Positions 1 to 9,375 of a DNA stretch of 64,000 nucleotides are shown here, in pieces. The DNA comes from Gammaproteobacteria bacterium (GTDB lineage: Bacteria; Pseudomonadota; Gammaproteobacteria; Eutrophobiales; Eutrophobiaceae): positions 2,944,001 to 3,008,000 of the forward strand of contig OZ244905.1 of NCBI GenBank assembly GCA_965221695.1, in the 5' to 3' direction. Position numbers and translations under genes: made by a program. Under the pieces are notes generated by a model. It was not told where the DNA came from. It did not search any database and saw nothing but the letters and a program-made list of their open reading frames with translations. Numbering within the stretch: the first letter of the stretch is position 1; the number at the start of each line of letters is the position of its first letter.

Positions 1-20
1 ATTGGCAGTTGTTCGCTCAT
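1..20 (-). CDS. 5' end of a gene running off the window (MSEQLP...)
   Basis: ATG at 20-18 on the minus strand, preceded by a GGAAGGGA Shine-Dalgarno-like sequence just after the hpnA stop. Too short to assign a product. Confidence 0.4.
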
Positions 21-34
21 ATCCCTTCCGCGAA

Positions 35-1021
35 TCAGCAATATCCATTCTCCTTAAACCAGTCGACCGCGTCCTCTATCGCAACGCGCGCCGGACGGGC
101 TTCGTAACCCAGCGTTTGTTGCGCCAGGGCGGAGGAAAAATACATGTATTTTTTCGACATTTTAACGCCGTCTACTGTCGCGAACGGTTCCTTCCCGCTT
201 GCCCGCGCCCACTGCTCCGCCAGCCAGGCGATGGGGTAGACTGCGTTGTGGGGCAGCCGCAGGCGCGGCGGCGCCAGGCCCGCGTAGTCGCAGATGATGC
301 CGAGGATGGTCTGCAATGACAGGTTTTCCCCGCCCAGGATGTAACGTTTGCCGGCTTCGCCTTTTTCAAACGCCAGCAGGTGTCCGGCTGCGACATCATC
401 CACATGGGCGATGTTCAGGCCCGTGTCCACGTAAGCCGGGATTTTCCCCCTTAGCGCATCGACGATGATGCGGCCGGTGGGCGTGGGTTTGATATCCCGC
501 GGCCCGATGGGCGTGGACGGGTTGACGATAACCACGGGCAAACCCTGTTCCTCGACCAGTTCCAGCGCCGCCTGTTCGGCGAGGAACTTCGAGCGCTTGT
601 AATGGCCGACCATGTGCCTCAAGCTTACCGGCGTGGTCTCGTCGGCAGGACTCCGGTCCCGGTTGATGCCCAGGGTTGCCACGCTGCTGGTGTACACCAT
701 CCTGCTGACGCCGGCGTCTGCGGCCGCGCGCAACAGGTTCCGGGTCCCGTCCACGTTGGTTTGGTACATGCGTTCCGGGTCGGGTATCCACAGGCGGTAA
801 TCCGCGGCGACATGGAACAAGTGGTTACAACCGAGCGCCGCTCGTTGCAGCGAGGCTGGGTCAGTCAGGTCGCCTTCGGCCAGTTCGACATCCAGTTGTT
901 CCAGGTTGCGCCGGTCACTACCGGGCCTGACCAGCGCTCTTACCTGGCGGCCCTGCGCTAGCAGCGCCCGCGCCAGCGCGGATCCGACGAAACCGTTGGC
1001 GCCTGTTACCAGTGTGGTCAT
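35..1021 (-). CDS. hpnA: Hopanoid-associated NAD-dependent sugar epimerase/dehydratase
   Basis: Start placed at MTTLVTGANGFVG (GxxGxxG). YKRSK catalytic motif and NPSTPIGPRDIKPTPTG typical of HpnA; hopanoid gene context. Confidence 0.9.
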   Translation of the reverse strand: MTTLVTGANGFVGSALARALLAQGRQVRALVRPGSDRRNLEQLDVELAEGDLTDPASLQRAALGCNHLFHVAADYRLWIPDPERMYQTNVDGTRNLLRAAADAGVSRMVYTSSVATLGINRDRSPADETTPVSLRHMVGHYKRSKFLAEQAALELVEEQGLPVVIVNPSTPIGPRDIKPTPTGRIIVDALRGKIPAYVDTGLNIAHVDDVAAGHLLAFEKGEAGKRYILGGENLSLQTILGIICDYAGLAPPRLRLPHNAVYPIAWLAEQWARASGKEPFATVDGVKMSKKYMYFSSALAQQTLGYEARPARVAIEDAVDWFKENGYC

Positions 1022-1049
1022 GGCTTGGTACGGCTTCTGGAAGTGGAAT

Positions 1050-1655
1050 TCAATTTCGTCCCCTCTTGCATTGCTGGTACTCGCGCAGAGTCCACAATGC
1101 GAACACGGGCGCGCCGATGGCGGCGATGATGAGGAACGGCTGCAGCATATCGAACAACGTGACCAGCGGCAGCAGGTAGAAGATATCTTCGATCTCGAAC
1201 AGCCCGATGCCGGGTTGTTCAACCTTGAACCTGCCGGTAGCGCTGCCGATCATCATACGCAGGTGAAAGGTTACGGCCACGGCAACGCCGGCGAGAATTC
1301 CGATGAACAGCGCCCCGGCGCCCAGCGGACCGTGCAGCAGGCCAAAGCCTATGCTCACAAACAGCAAGATATTGATGATGGCATCGCTAATGAGATCGTA
1401 GAAATGGCCGGACTTACTGGTCTTGCCGGTGAGCCGGGCCAGCTCTCCGTCGCTATGGTCGAGAAAGTTTGACAGCGCAAAACACCAGGCGCCGGCGTTA
1501 ATCCGTTGCGGGTCCCCGGTGGCGAGCAGCATACAGGCGACGACACCGGTGATCAAACGCACCGTCGTCAGGTGGTTGGGTGTGACAGCAGTATTGCGTA
1601 ACGGATAAACCAGCCAAGCCGCCAGCCGCGCGTCCAGCGGTTTGTCATTGTGCAT
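1050..1655 (-). CDS. CDP-alcohol phosphatidyltransferase family protein
   Basis: TPNHLT and DHSDGELARLTGKTSKSGHFYDLISD match the D-x2-DG-x2-AR-x8-G-x3-D-x3-D signature; hydrophobic helices. Confidence 0.9.
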   Translation of the reverse strand: MHNDKPLDARLAAWLVYPLRNTAVTPNHLTTVRLITGVVACMLLATGDPQRINAGAWCFALSNFLDHSDGELARLTGKTSKSGHFYDLISDAIINILLFVSIGFGLLHGPLGAGALFIGILAGVAVAVTFHLRMMIGSATGRFKVEQPGIGLFEIEDIFYLLPLVTLFDMLQPFLIIAAIGAPVFALWTLREYQQCKRGRN

Positions 1656-1739
1656 TCGGGCGCTTCCGACAGGCTTCCATAGGCTATGAATTATATCGCA
1701 TCAGATAGTTAAAACACACGAGGACTCATGTAATTTATA

Positions 1740-4385
1740 TTAATCCCGCGGTTTTCCAACTACGGTCAGCAGCGCCGGCAGCACCAGCAGCATGCAGACC
1801 AGGGTGACGCCGATGCCCAGGGTGAGCAGTATGCCCATACTGGCCGTGCCTGCGTGGGGCGACAGCGCGAGGTTGCCGACCCCGCCCATGGTGGTCAGCG
1901 AGCTGACGACGACTGCACGCGCGGAACTGGTGGCCAGGATATTTCTCCCGTCCGGCAGGTCTGTACGGAACCTGTGGATGATATGGATGCCGCTGTCCAC
2001 GCCGATGCCCAGTAGCAGGGGCAGGGCGATGACGTTGGCGAAGTTCAGCGGCAAGCCGGCCAGCACGCTGATGGCGCCGGTGATCAGCGCCGCAGTGAGC
2101 AGGGGGACCAGCGCCAGAAACACGTCTCTTTTGCGCGCCAGCAGTAGATACAGCATGATCGTGATGGCAATGAACGCGTACAAAAAGGCCTGACGGAACG
2201 CTAAGGATACCGCATCGCTGGCTTCCAGGTTGATGACCGGTGGTCCGGTGACTGCGGGTGATATGGACTGAATTCCGCGCACGAATTCCCGCAGCGCCTG
2301 GTTGTCTTGCATGTCTCGCCGCGGGTAGATTTCGATGCGATGCTTGCCGTCGGCGCTGACCCAAAGACGTTTGAGCGCATCCGGTAGGGTTTCCAGGGAG
2401 ATGAAATCGGCGTCCAGAGATGCATTCAATACCTCCAGCCGCCCGGGGAGCGATGCCAGCAGCATCTGTTCCAGTTGCGCAAGCTGTGCTGCGTCGGGGT
2501 GAGAAATCCCCGGTTTTTGCCCGGTTGAATCTTGTGGTTCCCGAACGCTACCCGTTTGTGCTTGCAGCAACGCCGCCAGGTTGGCTTGCAGGCGCGTATG
2601 GACCGGGTCGTTAACCCCGGCTTGTTGCAGTGTTTCCTGGAATCCGAGCAGCGCGGTCAGGCGCGCCCCGCCGGTTTGCGCTGCGGGGTCCGGCGCCGCA
2701 ACCACCAGGTCGCCCAGCAGCAGGCCCATCTCATCGATGATAAACAGCTTCTCGTCTTGGTCTACGGGGATGAAGTCCGCCACTGTGACCACCTTGTCCA
2801 CCAGTTCAGATTGAGTAAACGCGTCACGGTACCTGTCCGCCTCATCGTCGCCGGCGATCATGATTGCGGTCCAGGGCGTCAGGTCATTGTCCGCGAGCAG
2901 CTCCCGGTATGCAGTCAGCGCGCCGCCGTCTTGGGGGTGCAGGTTCAGCGGATTGTGGTCGAAGCGCAGGCCGCCCAGCGCGGCGGCGGAGACCAGGACC
3001 ACGCAGACCGAGACGCCGAGTATCTTTCCTGCATGCTGTTCCACCAGGTGTGCGCCGCCGAGTGTCGCCCGGTGCGCGCCCGCGTTGTAGGGCAGCAGTG
3101 ACAACAGCGCCGGTATCACCGTGAGTGTGACCACGAAACTGACGAACATGCCGACGCCGGATATCCAGCCGAGTTCGGCGACACCCGTGAAATCTGTGGG
3201 GATGAAGGCAAAAAAGCCGATAGCGGTGCTGACCGCGCACAAGAACAGGGAGTCGCCGATGTTGACCGATGTCTCATCCAGGGCGCGCGCCCGGTCCGTA
3301 CCGTCGAGCAGGTGTTCCCGATAACGCAAGCAGTAGTGGATAGCAAAATCGACCCCCAGGCCGATGTACAACACCGCGAAGGCCACAGAAATCAGGTTCA
3401 GTTCGCCTACCGTGAGAATGGCGAACGCGGCGGTAAAAATCAGGCCGGTTACGAGGCTGATCACACTGACCAGCGCCAGCATGAAGGAACTCAGGCCCGT
3501 GACCATGATGAAAGTGACCAGGCACAGGGCCAGAAAGATGGCCGTTTCCGTACCTTGCATCACGCTCACCATTTCCTCGTGCGCGAGCATGGTGGCCCCG
3601 GTCAGGCGCAGTCCTGCGCCCGGGGACGCGGCGATGCCGAGTTCATCGTAGGCTGCGCGGATCATGTCGACGGCCGGGGTTGCCGGAAAAAATCCGGCGT
3701 AATCCAGTTTTGGCTGTGTCAGGATAAATTCGCGGTACGGAGCCGTGCCCGCGTCGTCTGCGTCTCCGGACATGAGTTGCTGCCAGGACAGGCGATAGGG
3801 GCGGCCGTCTTGCAGCGCTTCCAACGCTGTGTTGATGCGGGTGAAGATGGGTTCGAGTTGTACCTGCTCACCGTCACCGGCGGCCTCCAGCGCTTCGCCC
3901 AGCGCCCCGAACAGGCCCTGGAGAGTGGGGTCCCGGGCCAGTCTCGCAAGAAACGGCTGCACCTCGGCGAGATTGTCGGACAGGTCTTGCAGTTGCGCGG
4001 GTTCCAGGTACAGCAGTCCGGATTCCCGAAATACCGGCAGCGCGTTCGGGTAGTAGACGAACTCGAACAGGTCCCGCTCTGCCTGCAGCCGCTCGTACAG
4101 CAGCATTGCCGCATCGCCGGCCTGGTCCGGCGTAGCGGCTTCCAGGACGATCAGGATGTTGTTGTCGTACTGCGGGAACAGCCGCTCATATTCCTGGTCC
4201 AGTTGCCGCCAGGCAAGCTGTGCGGAAAGCATGTCTTCCGTGTCGGTATTCACTGCAATATTGTCCACGGTGTAGCGCACCGCAAAAAAGGCAAGCGCAA
4301 ACACCGCCAGCAACACTGCCGGCGCGGCCCTGCGTACCAGGCGCACCCACTTGAGCAACAGCATGGAGGAGAATTGCTTCAGCAT
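1740..4385 (-). CDS. hpnN: MMPL/RND hopanoid transporter
   Basis: 881 aa with two RND halves (IGLGVDFAIH, LGIGVDSGIH); hopanoid cluster context. Confidence 0.88.
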   Translation of the reverse strand: MLKQFSSMLLLKWVRLVRRAAPAVLLAVFALAFFAVRYTVDNIAVNTDTEDMLSAQLAWRQLDQEYERLFPQYDNNILIVLEAATPDQAGDAAMLLYERLQAERDLFEFVYYPNALPVFRESGLLYLEPAQLQDLSDNLAEVQPFLARLARDPTLQGLFGALGEALEAAGDGEQVQLEPIFTRINTALEALQDGRPYRLSWQQLMSGDADDAGTAPYREFILTQPKLDYAGFFPATPAVDMIRAAYDELGIAASPGAGLRLTGATMLAHEEMVSVMQGTETAIFLALCLVTFIMVTGLSSFMLALVSVISLVTGLIFTAAFAILTVGELNLISVAFAVLYIGLGVDFAIHYCLRYREHLLDGTDRARALDETSVNIGDSLFLCAVSTAIGFFAFIPTDFTGVAELGWISGVGMFVSFVVTLTVIPALLSLLPYNAGAHRATLGGAHLVEQHAGKILGVSVCVVLVSAAALGGLRFDHNPLNLHPQDGGALTAYRELLADNDLTPWTAIMIAGDDEADRYRDAFTQSELVDKVVTVADFIPVDQDEKLFIIDEMGLLLGDLVVAAPDPAAQTGGARLTALLGFQETLQQAGVNDPVHTRLQANLAALLQAQTGSVREPQDSTGQKPGISHPDAAQLAQLEQMLLASLPGRLEVLNASLDADFISLETLPDALKRLWVSADGKHRIEIYPRRDMQDNQALREFVRGIQSISPAVTGPPVINLEASDAVSLAFRQAFLYAFIAITIMLYLLLARKRDVFLALVPLLTAALITGAISVLAGLPLNFANVIALPLLLGIGVDSGIHIIHRFRTDLPDGRNILATSSARAVVVSSLTTMGGVGNLALSPHAGTASMGILLTLGIGVTLVCMLLVLPALLTVVGKPRD

Positions 4386-4387
4386 AT

Positions 4388-4654
4388 TAGTACTCTTTCA
4401 ACTTAATTTTGACATGTTCAGCGGGTCGGGAAGCGGTTGAGCGCAAGGCGCGGTGCGCAGGGAATGGCGCGCCCTTCGCAAGCGGCGCAACGCAGCGGGC
4501 GACCGCTTCCCGGCCCGCCCATAGGGAGCCACACAGCGACGCCAATACGGCGTTGCAGCCCTTGGCAAGGGCGCGCCATTCCCGGCGGGCTGCGCCTTGT
4601 CTTGTCGTCGCTGTGTGGCTCTGAATATGTCAAAATTAAGTTGAAAGAGTACTA
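4388..4654. mobile_element. MITE with ~34-bp terminal inverted repeats and TA at both ends
   Basis: Left end tagtactctttcaacttaattttgacatgttcag matches the reverse complement of right end ctgaatatgtcaaaattaagttgaaagagtacta with 1 mismatch. Internal inverted repeat gggaatggcgcgccctt/aagggcgcgccattccc; no transposase. Confidence 0.85.
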
Positions 4655-4663
4655 GTATTAATG

Positions 4664-4826
4664 GGTCACCCTTCGGGCGACACGGTATTCGACTGGACTC
4701 CTGCTTCCCAGCCTGCCCCTGTATGGCGTTGAGCAGGGGCAGGAGTGGTTATGGTGGCGGCGCTCACGCAAGCGCCCCGCATCCCATTCCCGCGCAAGCG
4801 GGAATCCAGTGAAACAACAGGTTACC
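4664..4826. repeat. Composite REP-like element, family A (ATTCCCGC-N-GCGGGAATCCAG plus nested hairpin)
   Basis: cattcccgcgcaagcgggaatccagt and actggactcctgcttcc[cagcctgcccctgtatggcgttgagcagggg]caggagt; related copies at 26.2, 32.2 and 61.5 kb. Confidence 0.8.
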
Positions 4827-4891
4827 TTTTTATAAACCAGTTAGATGTTTTTGACAAGTCCAGTCTTGTCCTTGTTACAGCGGCGTAGCCA

Positions 4892-5674
4892 TCACCCCTG
4901 CGCCAACAAGACTCTGCCGGTTCGCTTCAGGGTGATGTTGGCGCAGTGCGCGGCGAGGGCCAGGCGTACGATTGTCGGGATTTGTGCGGGAGACCTGGCG
5001 AGGTCGAGCATAAGTCCTGCGGCATCGACTTCGCCAAAGGCGTCAACCCGTCGCAGAGCGGTGTCCGGTAGCGCCATGCCCGCGTCATCGATGATGGCGC
5101 GCAATACCAAGGTCGGCAGGCCGTAGCGGCCCGCTATTTCAAGCGCTCCGGCGCTTTCCATATCGACTGCCAACGCCCCGGTGCGTTCGAACAGCTTTTG
5201 CTTCTGCACGGCCGATGCAACCGGTTCCGCCACACAGGCCAGCAACCCTTTATGAATCCTGGTTTGGGACATGCGGAAAACTTTCAGGACACCCATATAA
5301 CTTTCAGGACAATTTCGCGCAAAATAACCAGGTCGCCCTTGAGAATTTCGGGACAACCATTCTATAGCCAGCTCAGACAAGTCTGCGTCCGCGGTATATT
5401 TCTTTCCCTCTTCGCAGACCTGTTGTGCAACCACCAGGTCGCCCGGCCTGAGTGAAGGCGCCAATGCTCCTGCGGTACCGACCACAGCCAGGCAGTCAGC
5501 GCCTGCATCGACCAGGTTCTGTGCGGCCTGCCGCGCCCGCCCCCGGCCCATACCGGACAGGATCAGCAGGGTTTTTTCATTGAGTTCCACAGGTTGCTGC
5601 GCGGGCAGTTTCCCGTGCTTAAAGCGCCGCGCCTCGGAACGAAGCGCACAGATTATGCCAAGTCTGTGGTTCAA
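4892..5674 (-). CDS. hpnG: Hopanoid-associated purine nucleoside phosphorylase-like protein
   Basis: TTG start overlaps the upstream TGA. SGMG, GTAGALAP.LRPGD and AVDMESA PNP motifs; carries an internal repeat-derived segment. Confidence 0.75.
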   Translation of the reverse strand: MNHRLGIICALRSEARRFKHGKLPAQQPVELNEKTLLILSGMGRGRARQAAQNLVDAGADCLAVVGTAGALAPSLRPGDLVVAQQVCEEGKKYTADADLSELAIEWLSRNSQGRPGYFARNCPESYMGVLKVFRMSQTRIHKGLLACVAEPVASAVQKQKLFERTGALAVDMESAGALEIAGRYGLPTLVLRAIIDDAGMALPDTALRRVDAFGEVDAAGLMLDLARSPAQIPTIVRLALAAHCANITLKRTGRVLLAQG

Positions 5675-6693
5675 GCCGCGGGCAGGCCGGCTGCCAGCCT
5701 GTTGAACAGCCATCTCAGCAGGAAGTCGTGACGGGTAAGCAGATTCGTGGAGATGATAGTGGTCTTGACGGCGCGGCGCGAGATCTTGACTTGGTCGCCG
5801 GAGGTAAACCCGCGCCGGCTGTTGATGTTGCGTAAGGTCAGCACCGCCATGCCCAGCGCCCACAGGCAGAAGCGCCTGATCCCGGTCTCATTGCTTGGCA
5901 GCAGCAGCGTGTATGTCAGTGCATTGCTCAAATGCATACGGGCAACGCCGATCAACTGACCCAAAGCCTGCTGAAATTCCTCGCCGTTGCGCAGGGGCGC
6001 CCCATCGTCCAGGGAAACGCCGTGGCTTTCCAGCACCGAGCGCGGCAACCAGCACATGTTGCGTTGCTGGTCGTCCCAGATGTCCTTGAGGATATTGGTC
6101 ATCTGCAGGCCCTGGCCGAACGATACCGCCAGTTGCATCAGCTCGTCGTGGTGTTGGTCGATGACGCTGGAATAGTCGCAGAACAGCTCGGTGAGCATCT
6201 CTCCCACGACACCCGCGACGTAATAACAGTAGCTGTCCATGTCTTGCTGGTCTTTCAGGCCGTTTGCGACGTTTGCCTCCTGGTATCGGGACATGCCATC
6301 GGCCATGATCCTGATACAGCGTTGCAATGCCGCCTGCTGTCGTTCGTTGAAACTGAGAGTGATGCGGATGACTGCGGGCGTGTTCCGAACCAGGTCGTGT
6401 TCCTCGTCGGTAGCGCTTGCTGACAACCGGGGCTGCAGGTCAAGCGCGAACTGCTGCGCGTCTTCTGTGCCATTGACCACCCGGATAAACCGGTCGGAGA
6501 ACTGCCGTTTGTCTACATAGGGCAATTGCTTGTCGTCTTCGATGGTATCGGCGATGCGGCACAGCAGGTAGGCATTGCCCACCACCCGCTCCAGGGAATC
6601 AGGGAGTTGCGGAATGGTCAGCGCAAAGGTGCGTGAAACACCTTGAAGAATTTCATGTTGGTAGGCAAGGTCTGCCGGCGCCGGTCTGTTCAT
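5671..6693 (-). CDS. Squalene synthase (squalene/phytoene synthase family, single-enzyme SQS type)
   Basis: VSRTF, CRIADTIEDD, YCYYVAGVVG and GLQMTNILKD motifs. Start could alternatively be 6711. Confidence 0.85.
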   Translation of the reverse strand: MNRPAPADLAYQHEILQGVSRTFALTIPQLPDSLERVVGNAYLLCRIADTIEDDKQLPYVDKRQFSDRFIRVVNGTEDAQQFALDLQPRLSASATDEEHDLVRNTPAVIRITLSFNERQQAALQRCIRIMADGMSRYQEANVANGLKDQQDMDSYCYYVAGVVGEMLTELFCDYSSVIDQHHDELMQLAVSFGQGLQMTNILKDIWDDQQRNMCWLPRSVLESHGVSLDDGAPLRNGEEFQQALGQLIGVARMHLSNALTYTLLLPSNETGIRRFCLWALGMAVLTLRNINSRRGFTSGDQVKISRRAVKTTIISTNLLTRHDFLLRWLFNRLAAGLPAA

Positions 6694-6782
6694 TGGAGAG
6701 AAATATGCCAACTATCGATGACAATGGCAAGGGTTTCATGTATTACTTGTTTCATGTATTGCTCAGCAGTTCCCGCTCACTT

Positions 6783-6835
6783 CTGGAATCACAGGCGTTC
6801 CGCCCTTAGGCAGGCGAGACGCCCGTGCCCCCAGC
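6783..6835. repeat. REP-like doublet, family B (GCGGGCGAGACGCCCGCGCTCCCAG-like)
   Basis: ctggaatcacaggcgttccgccc...gcaggcgagacgcccgtgcccccag; related copies at ~11776, ~25214 and ~61765. Confidence 0.6.
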
Positions 6836-6851
6836 GCTACGGCGCCAGCCA

Positions 6852-7850
6852 TTACCGATCCGATGATGTGGTTAATCCTTTTCGCCGTTTCAGATAGCGC
6901 CGGCTTTCCACTTGTTGCAGGGTAAGCAGCCCCATCGGATCGAATATCAGGTCGCGGATGCGCAATGACAGTGACAAGGCCAGGCAAAATCCGGGGTCGA
7001 AGCCAACCAGCGCGCCGATCAGGATGAACGCGCCTTCCTGTACCCCGTAAGCGTTGGGAATGATGAACGCGAGATCGCTCAAAACGGTTGTCAGGCTACG
7101 CAGTAACAAGGCTTCGAACATGCTGACAGGTTGTCCCAGCAGCAGGCAGGCCAACCACAGCTCGACGGTGTGCAGCGCCAGCGATGCCAGCCGATACAGC
7201 GTCGCGAGCAGGATTTTGCGCTGCTTGCCGTACAATTCCCGCACCAGCCGGTCCGCTTCCTCGGCAGAAAACCTGACGCCTTGCCAGGCTTCGTGTTTTA
7301 CCAGCTTCTCCGCCAATTTCGCCAGCGCCCCGAGCATGCCGTAACGCTGGATAACGATGAGGCCGCCGGCGCTGAATAACAGGAACAGAATGCCGGCTAC
7401 CGCGTACGGAACCAAGCGGTTGTCACCGGGCAAGAGGGTCAGAAGCAACACGCCGATCAGCGCCCAGCAGGCAAGCGCCAGCGCTTGAACGGTCTTGTCT
7501 GCCATCACCGATGCCGCGGCATGGGCCGTGCCCGTGCCCCAGATAGACAGCAGCCTTGCCTTGACCACCTCTCCGCCAATGGATGCCACGGGTAACAGGT
7601 TGTTGACCGCGCGCCCCATCCACAATGCCAGCAGCGCATGGCTGAAGCGCGGCGTCTCGCTGGAACGGAATAACTGGCGCCAGCCCTCGGTTGCCGGCAA
7701 CAACGTAGGCAACCAGACCAACGGCAGCAACAGCAGGTACCAACCCGAATTCAGCAGTAGCCGGAACACATCCATGAAGCCCTGCCAGAGCAACAGGCCA
7801 ATGAGCAGCGCCAGCCCGAGTACAAGGCCAAGTTGTGTCAGTAACCGCAT
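6852..7850 (-). CDS. HpnL-like / lysylphosphatidylglycerol synthase TM (flippase-like) protein
   Basis: NNLLPVASIGGEVVK and FIIPNAYGVQEG motifs; multi-pass membrane protein. Confidence 0.8.
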   Translation of the reverse strand: MRLLTQLGLVLGLALLIGLLLWQGFMDVFRLLLNSGWYLLLLPLVWLPTLLPATEGWRQLFRSSETPRFSHALLALWMGRAVNNLLPVASIGGEVVKARLLSIWGTGTAHAAASVMADKTVQALALACWALIGVLLLTLLPGDNRLVPYAVAGILFLLFSAGGLIVIQRYGMLGALAKLAEKLVKHEAWQGVRFSAEEADRLVRELYGKQRKILLATLYRLASLALHTVELWLACLLLGQPVSMFEALLLRSLTTVLSDLAFIIPNAYGVQEGAFILIGALVGFDPGFCLALSLSLRIRDLIFDPMGLLTLQQVESRRYLKRRKGLTTSSDR

Positions 7851-8116
7851 GGGGAAATAAGCCGTCTGCAAATATCCGTATCAAGGACATATAAATTCAA
7901 AAATCCACCCTCTTGTCGTCCATGAGCGTCGGTCTTGATGACATGAAATCATCATAAGCAACCGGTAGCTCTGCAAAAGAAGTCCAGTATACCTTATATC
8001 CATCTGTGACAAGAGGTCAATCAAGTTTTCCATGAAGCAAAATGGTATTCACGCACATCGCAATTATTTATAATAAAATGACCGTCCACATATTTTTGCG
8101 CGATTTGGAAGGCGCT

Positions 8117-8392
8117 GTGAAGGATCAGGATGATTTTTCAGATGGCCGTATACCGCGTAGCGCAGCTTGGGAGATGGATAAAACACAGAAGACCTTTGCC
8201 GAGCAGTTTTATCTTGAGGAGGCCGGTTTTTTCCGGCGCCTCGGTCGCGATATCCGTCTGCTCGTTTATCTCGTCATGACTATCATAATGTGGGTCAAGG
8301 CCGGGAAGTTCCGCTCTGAATTCCGTCGCTGCCGGGCCGCAGGCGAACCGTATTATGTCGACAGATTCAGCTCCCCGGAGACCGAAAAGTGA
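8117..8392 (+). CDS. Small hypothetical protein with one hydrophobic helix
   Basis: GTG preceded by GGAAGG; stop overlaps the next gene's start (GTGA); helix LLVYLVMTIIMWV. Confidence 0.6.
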   Translation: MKDQDDFSDGRIPRSAAWEMDKTQKTFAEQFYLEEAGFFRRLGRDIRLLVYLVMTIIMWVKAGKFRSEFRRCRAAGEPYYVDRFSSPETEK

Positions 8393-9375
8393 AACTGTAT
8401 GCGACCCCCTCGGCGGAAAATCTGCCGGGATATAAAGCGCAACCTGCTTCCGGAAATAGCATAAACGGTCGGGGTTTGAAGGAAAAAGTGCGCCCCAGGC
8501 GGGTGTTCCACGCGCCGTGGAAGAGGGAACTGCCCTGGACCGGCATGAATGACTTTTTCCTGATGAACAACACCTGGTCGATAATGATACAGGCTCTTAA
8601 GAACCGGTGGTTGATGCGGCGTTGCGCCGGGCCGGTCGCAAAACGCCGGATTGAAGCTAATGATCCTGATGAAATGGCCCGGCAGATAAAGCGGAAAGCC
8701 AAGGAGTTGGGCGCAGGGATCGTAGGAATTACCGAAATGGAACCCAATGATCTGTATGAGGACATGGAATTGAAGTACCGGTATGCCATTTGTATCGGCA
8801 TCCCCATGCGCCGGGAGGAAATGCTGCACGTGCCCCACAAACGCGCCGGGCTGGAGGTCCAGCGCGTCTATGGAGAGGTGGCCAGGGTGTCCGTTGAACT
8901 AGCGGAATACATACGCGCCATGGGCTGGCCAGCCTATGCCTACGGCGACCCGCGCAGCACGGAGGCGTTGCAGATACCTATGGCGATTCGCGCCGGGCTG
9001 GGCCAGCTTGGGAAGCACGGTTCGATGATCTCGAAAGAATACGGTTCCAACTTCCGTCTGTCTGCTGTCGGCACGGACCTCCCGCTCAGGCTGGACAGTC
9101 CTATCGATATCGGGGTGGATGACCTGTGCCTGGGCTGCCGGCGCTGTACGATCGATTGTCCGCCCGACGCCATTCTTGATGAGAAGCAGTGGGTGCGCGG
9201 CGAATACCGCTGGTATGTGGATTTCGATAAATGCGTGCCTTATTTCACGACGACGTATGGTTGCGCAATCTGCATAGAAGTCTGCCCCTGGTCGGAGCCA
9301 GGTCGTGGCCCGAAGCTGTCGCAGTTGCTGCTGGCGAAGCGAAATAAAACAGCGAGCGCAACCACAGTGGGGTGA
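8389..9375 (+). CDS. Reductive dehalogenase-like (cobalamin / 2x[4Fe-4S]) protein lacking a TAT signal
   Basis: AKELGAGIVGI, PMAIRAGLGQLGKHGSMISKEYGSNFRL..V.TDLPL, CLGCRRCTIDCP and C-x9-CAICIEVCPW. Confidence 0.75.
   Translation: MKLYATPSAENLPGYKAQPASGNSINGRGLKEKVRPRRVFHAPWKRELPWTGMNDFFLMNNTWSIMIQALKNRWLMRRCAGPVAKRRIEANDPDEMARQIKRKAKELGAGIVGITEMEPNDLYEDMELKYRYAICIGIPMRREEMLHVPHKRAGLEVQRVYGEVARVSVELAEYIRAMGWPAYAYGDPRSTEALQIPMAIRAGLGQLGKHGSMISKEYGSNFRLSAVGTDLPLRLDSPIDIGVDDLCLGCRRCTIDCPPDAILDEKQWVRGEYRWYVDFDKCVPYFTTTYGCAICIEVCPWSEPGRGPKLSQLLLAKRNKTASATTVG

Noticed and set aside
1022-1222. N-terminal extensions in the ORF track (hpnA to 1222, hpnG to 5863, hpnM to 28090, LysR to 19861, Sel1 to 50940)
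   Set aside because: They overlap upstream genes or lack family similarity; downstream starts fit the family N-termini.
8389-9375. Call as epoxyqueuosine reductase queG
   Set aside because: Lacks the QueG YA.G.DYH motif; GLG..G+.G..I...+G...RL..V.TDLPL...P.D.G fits RdhA-like proteins better.
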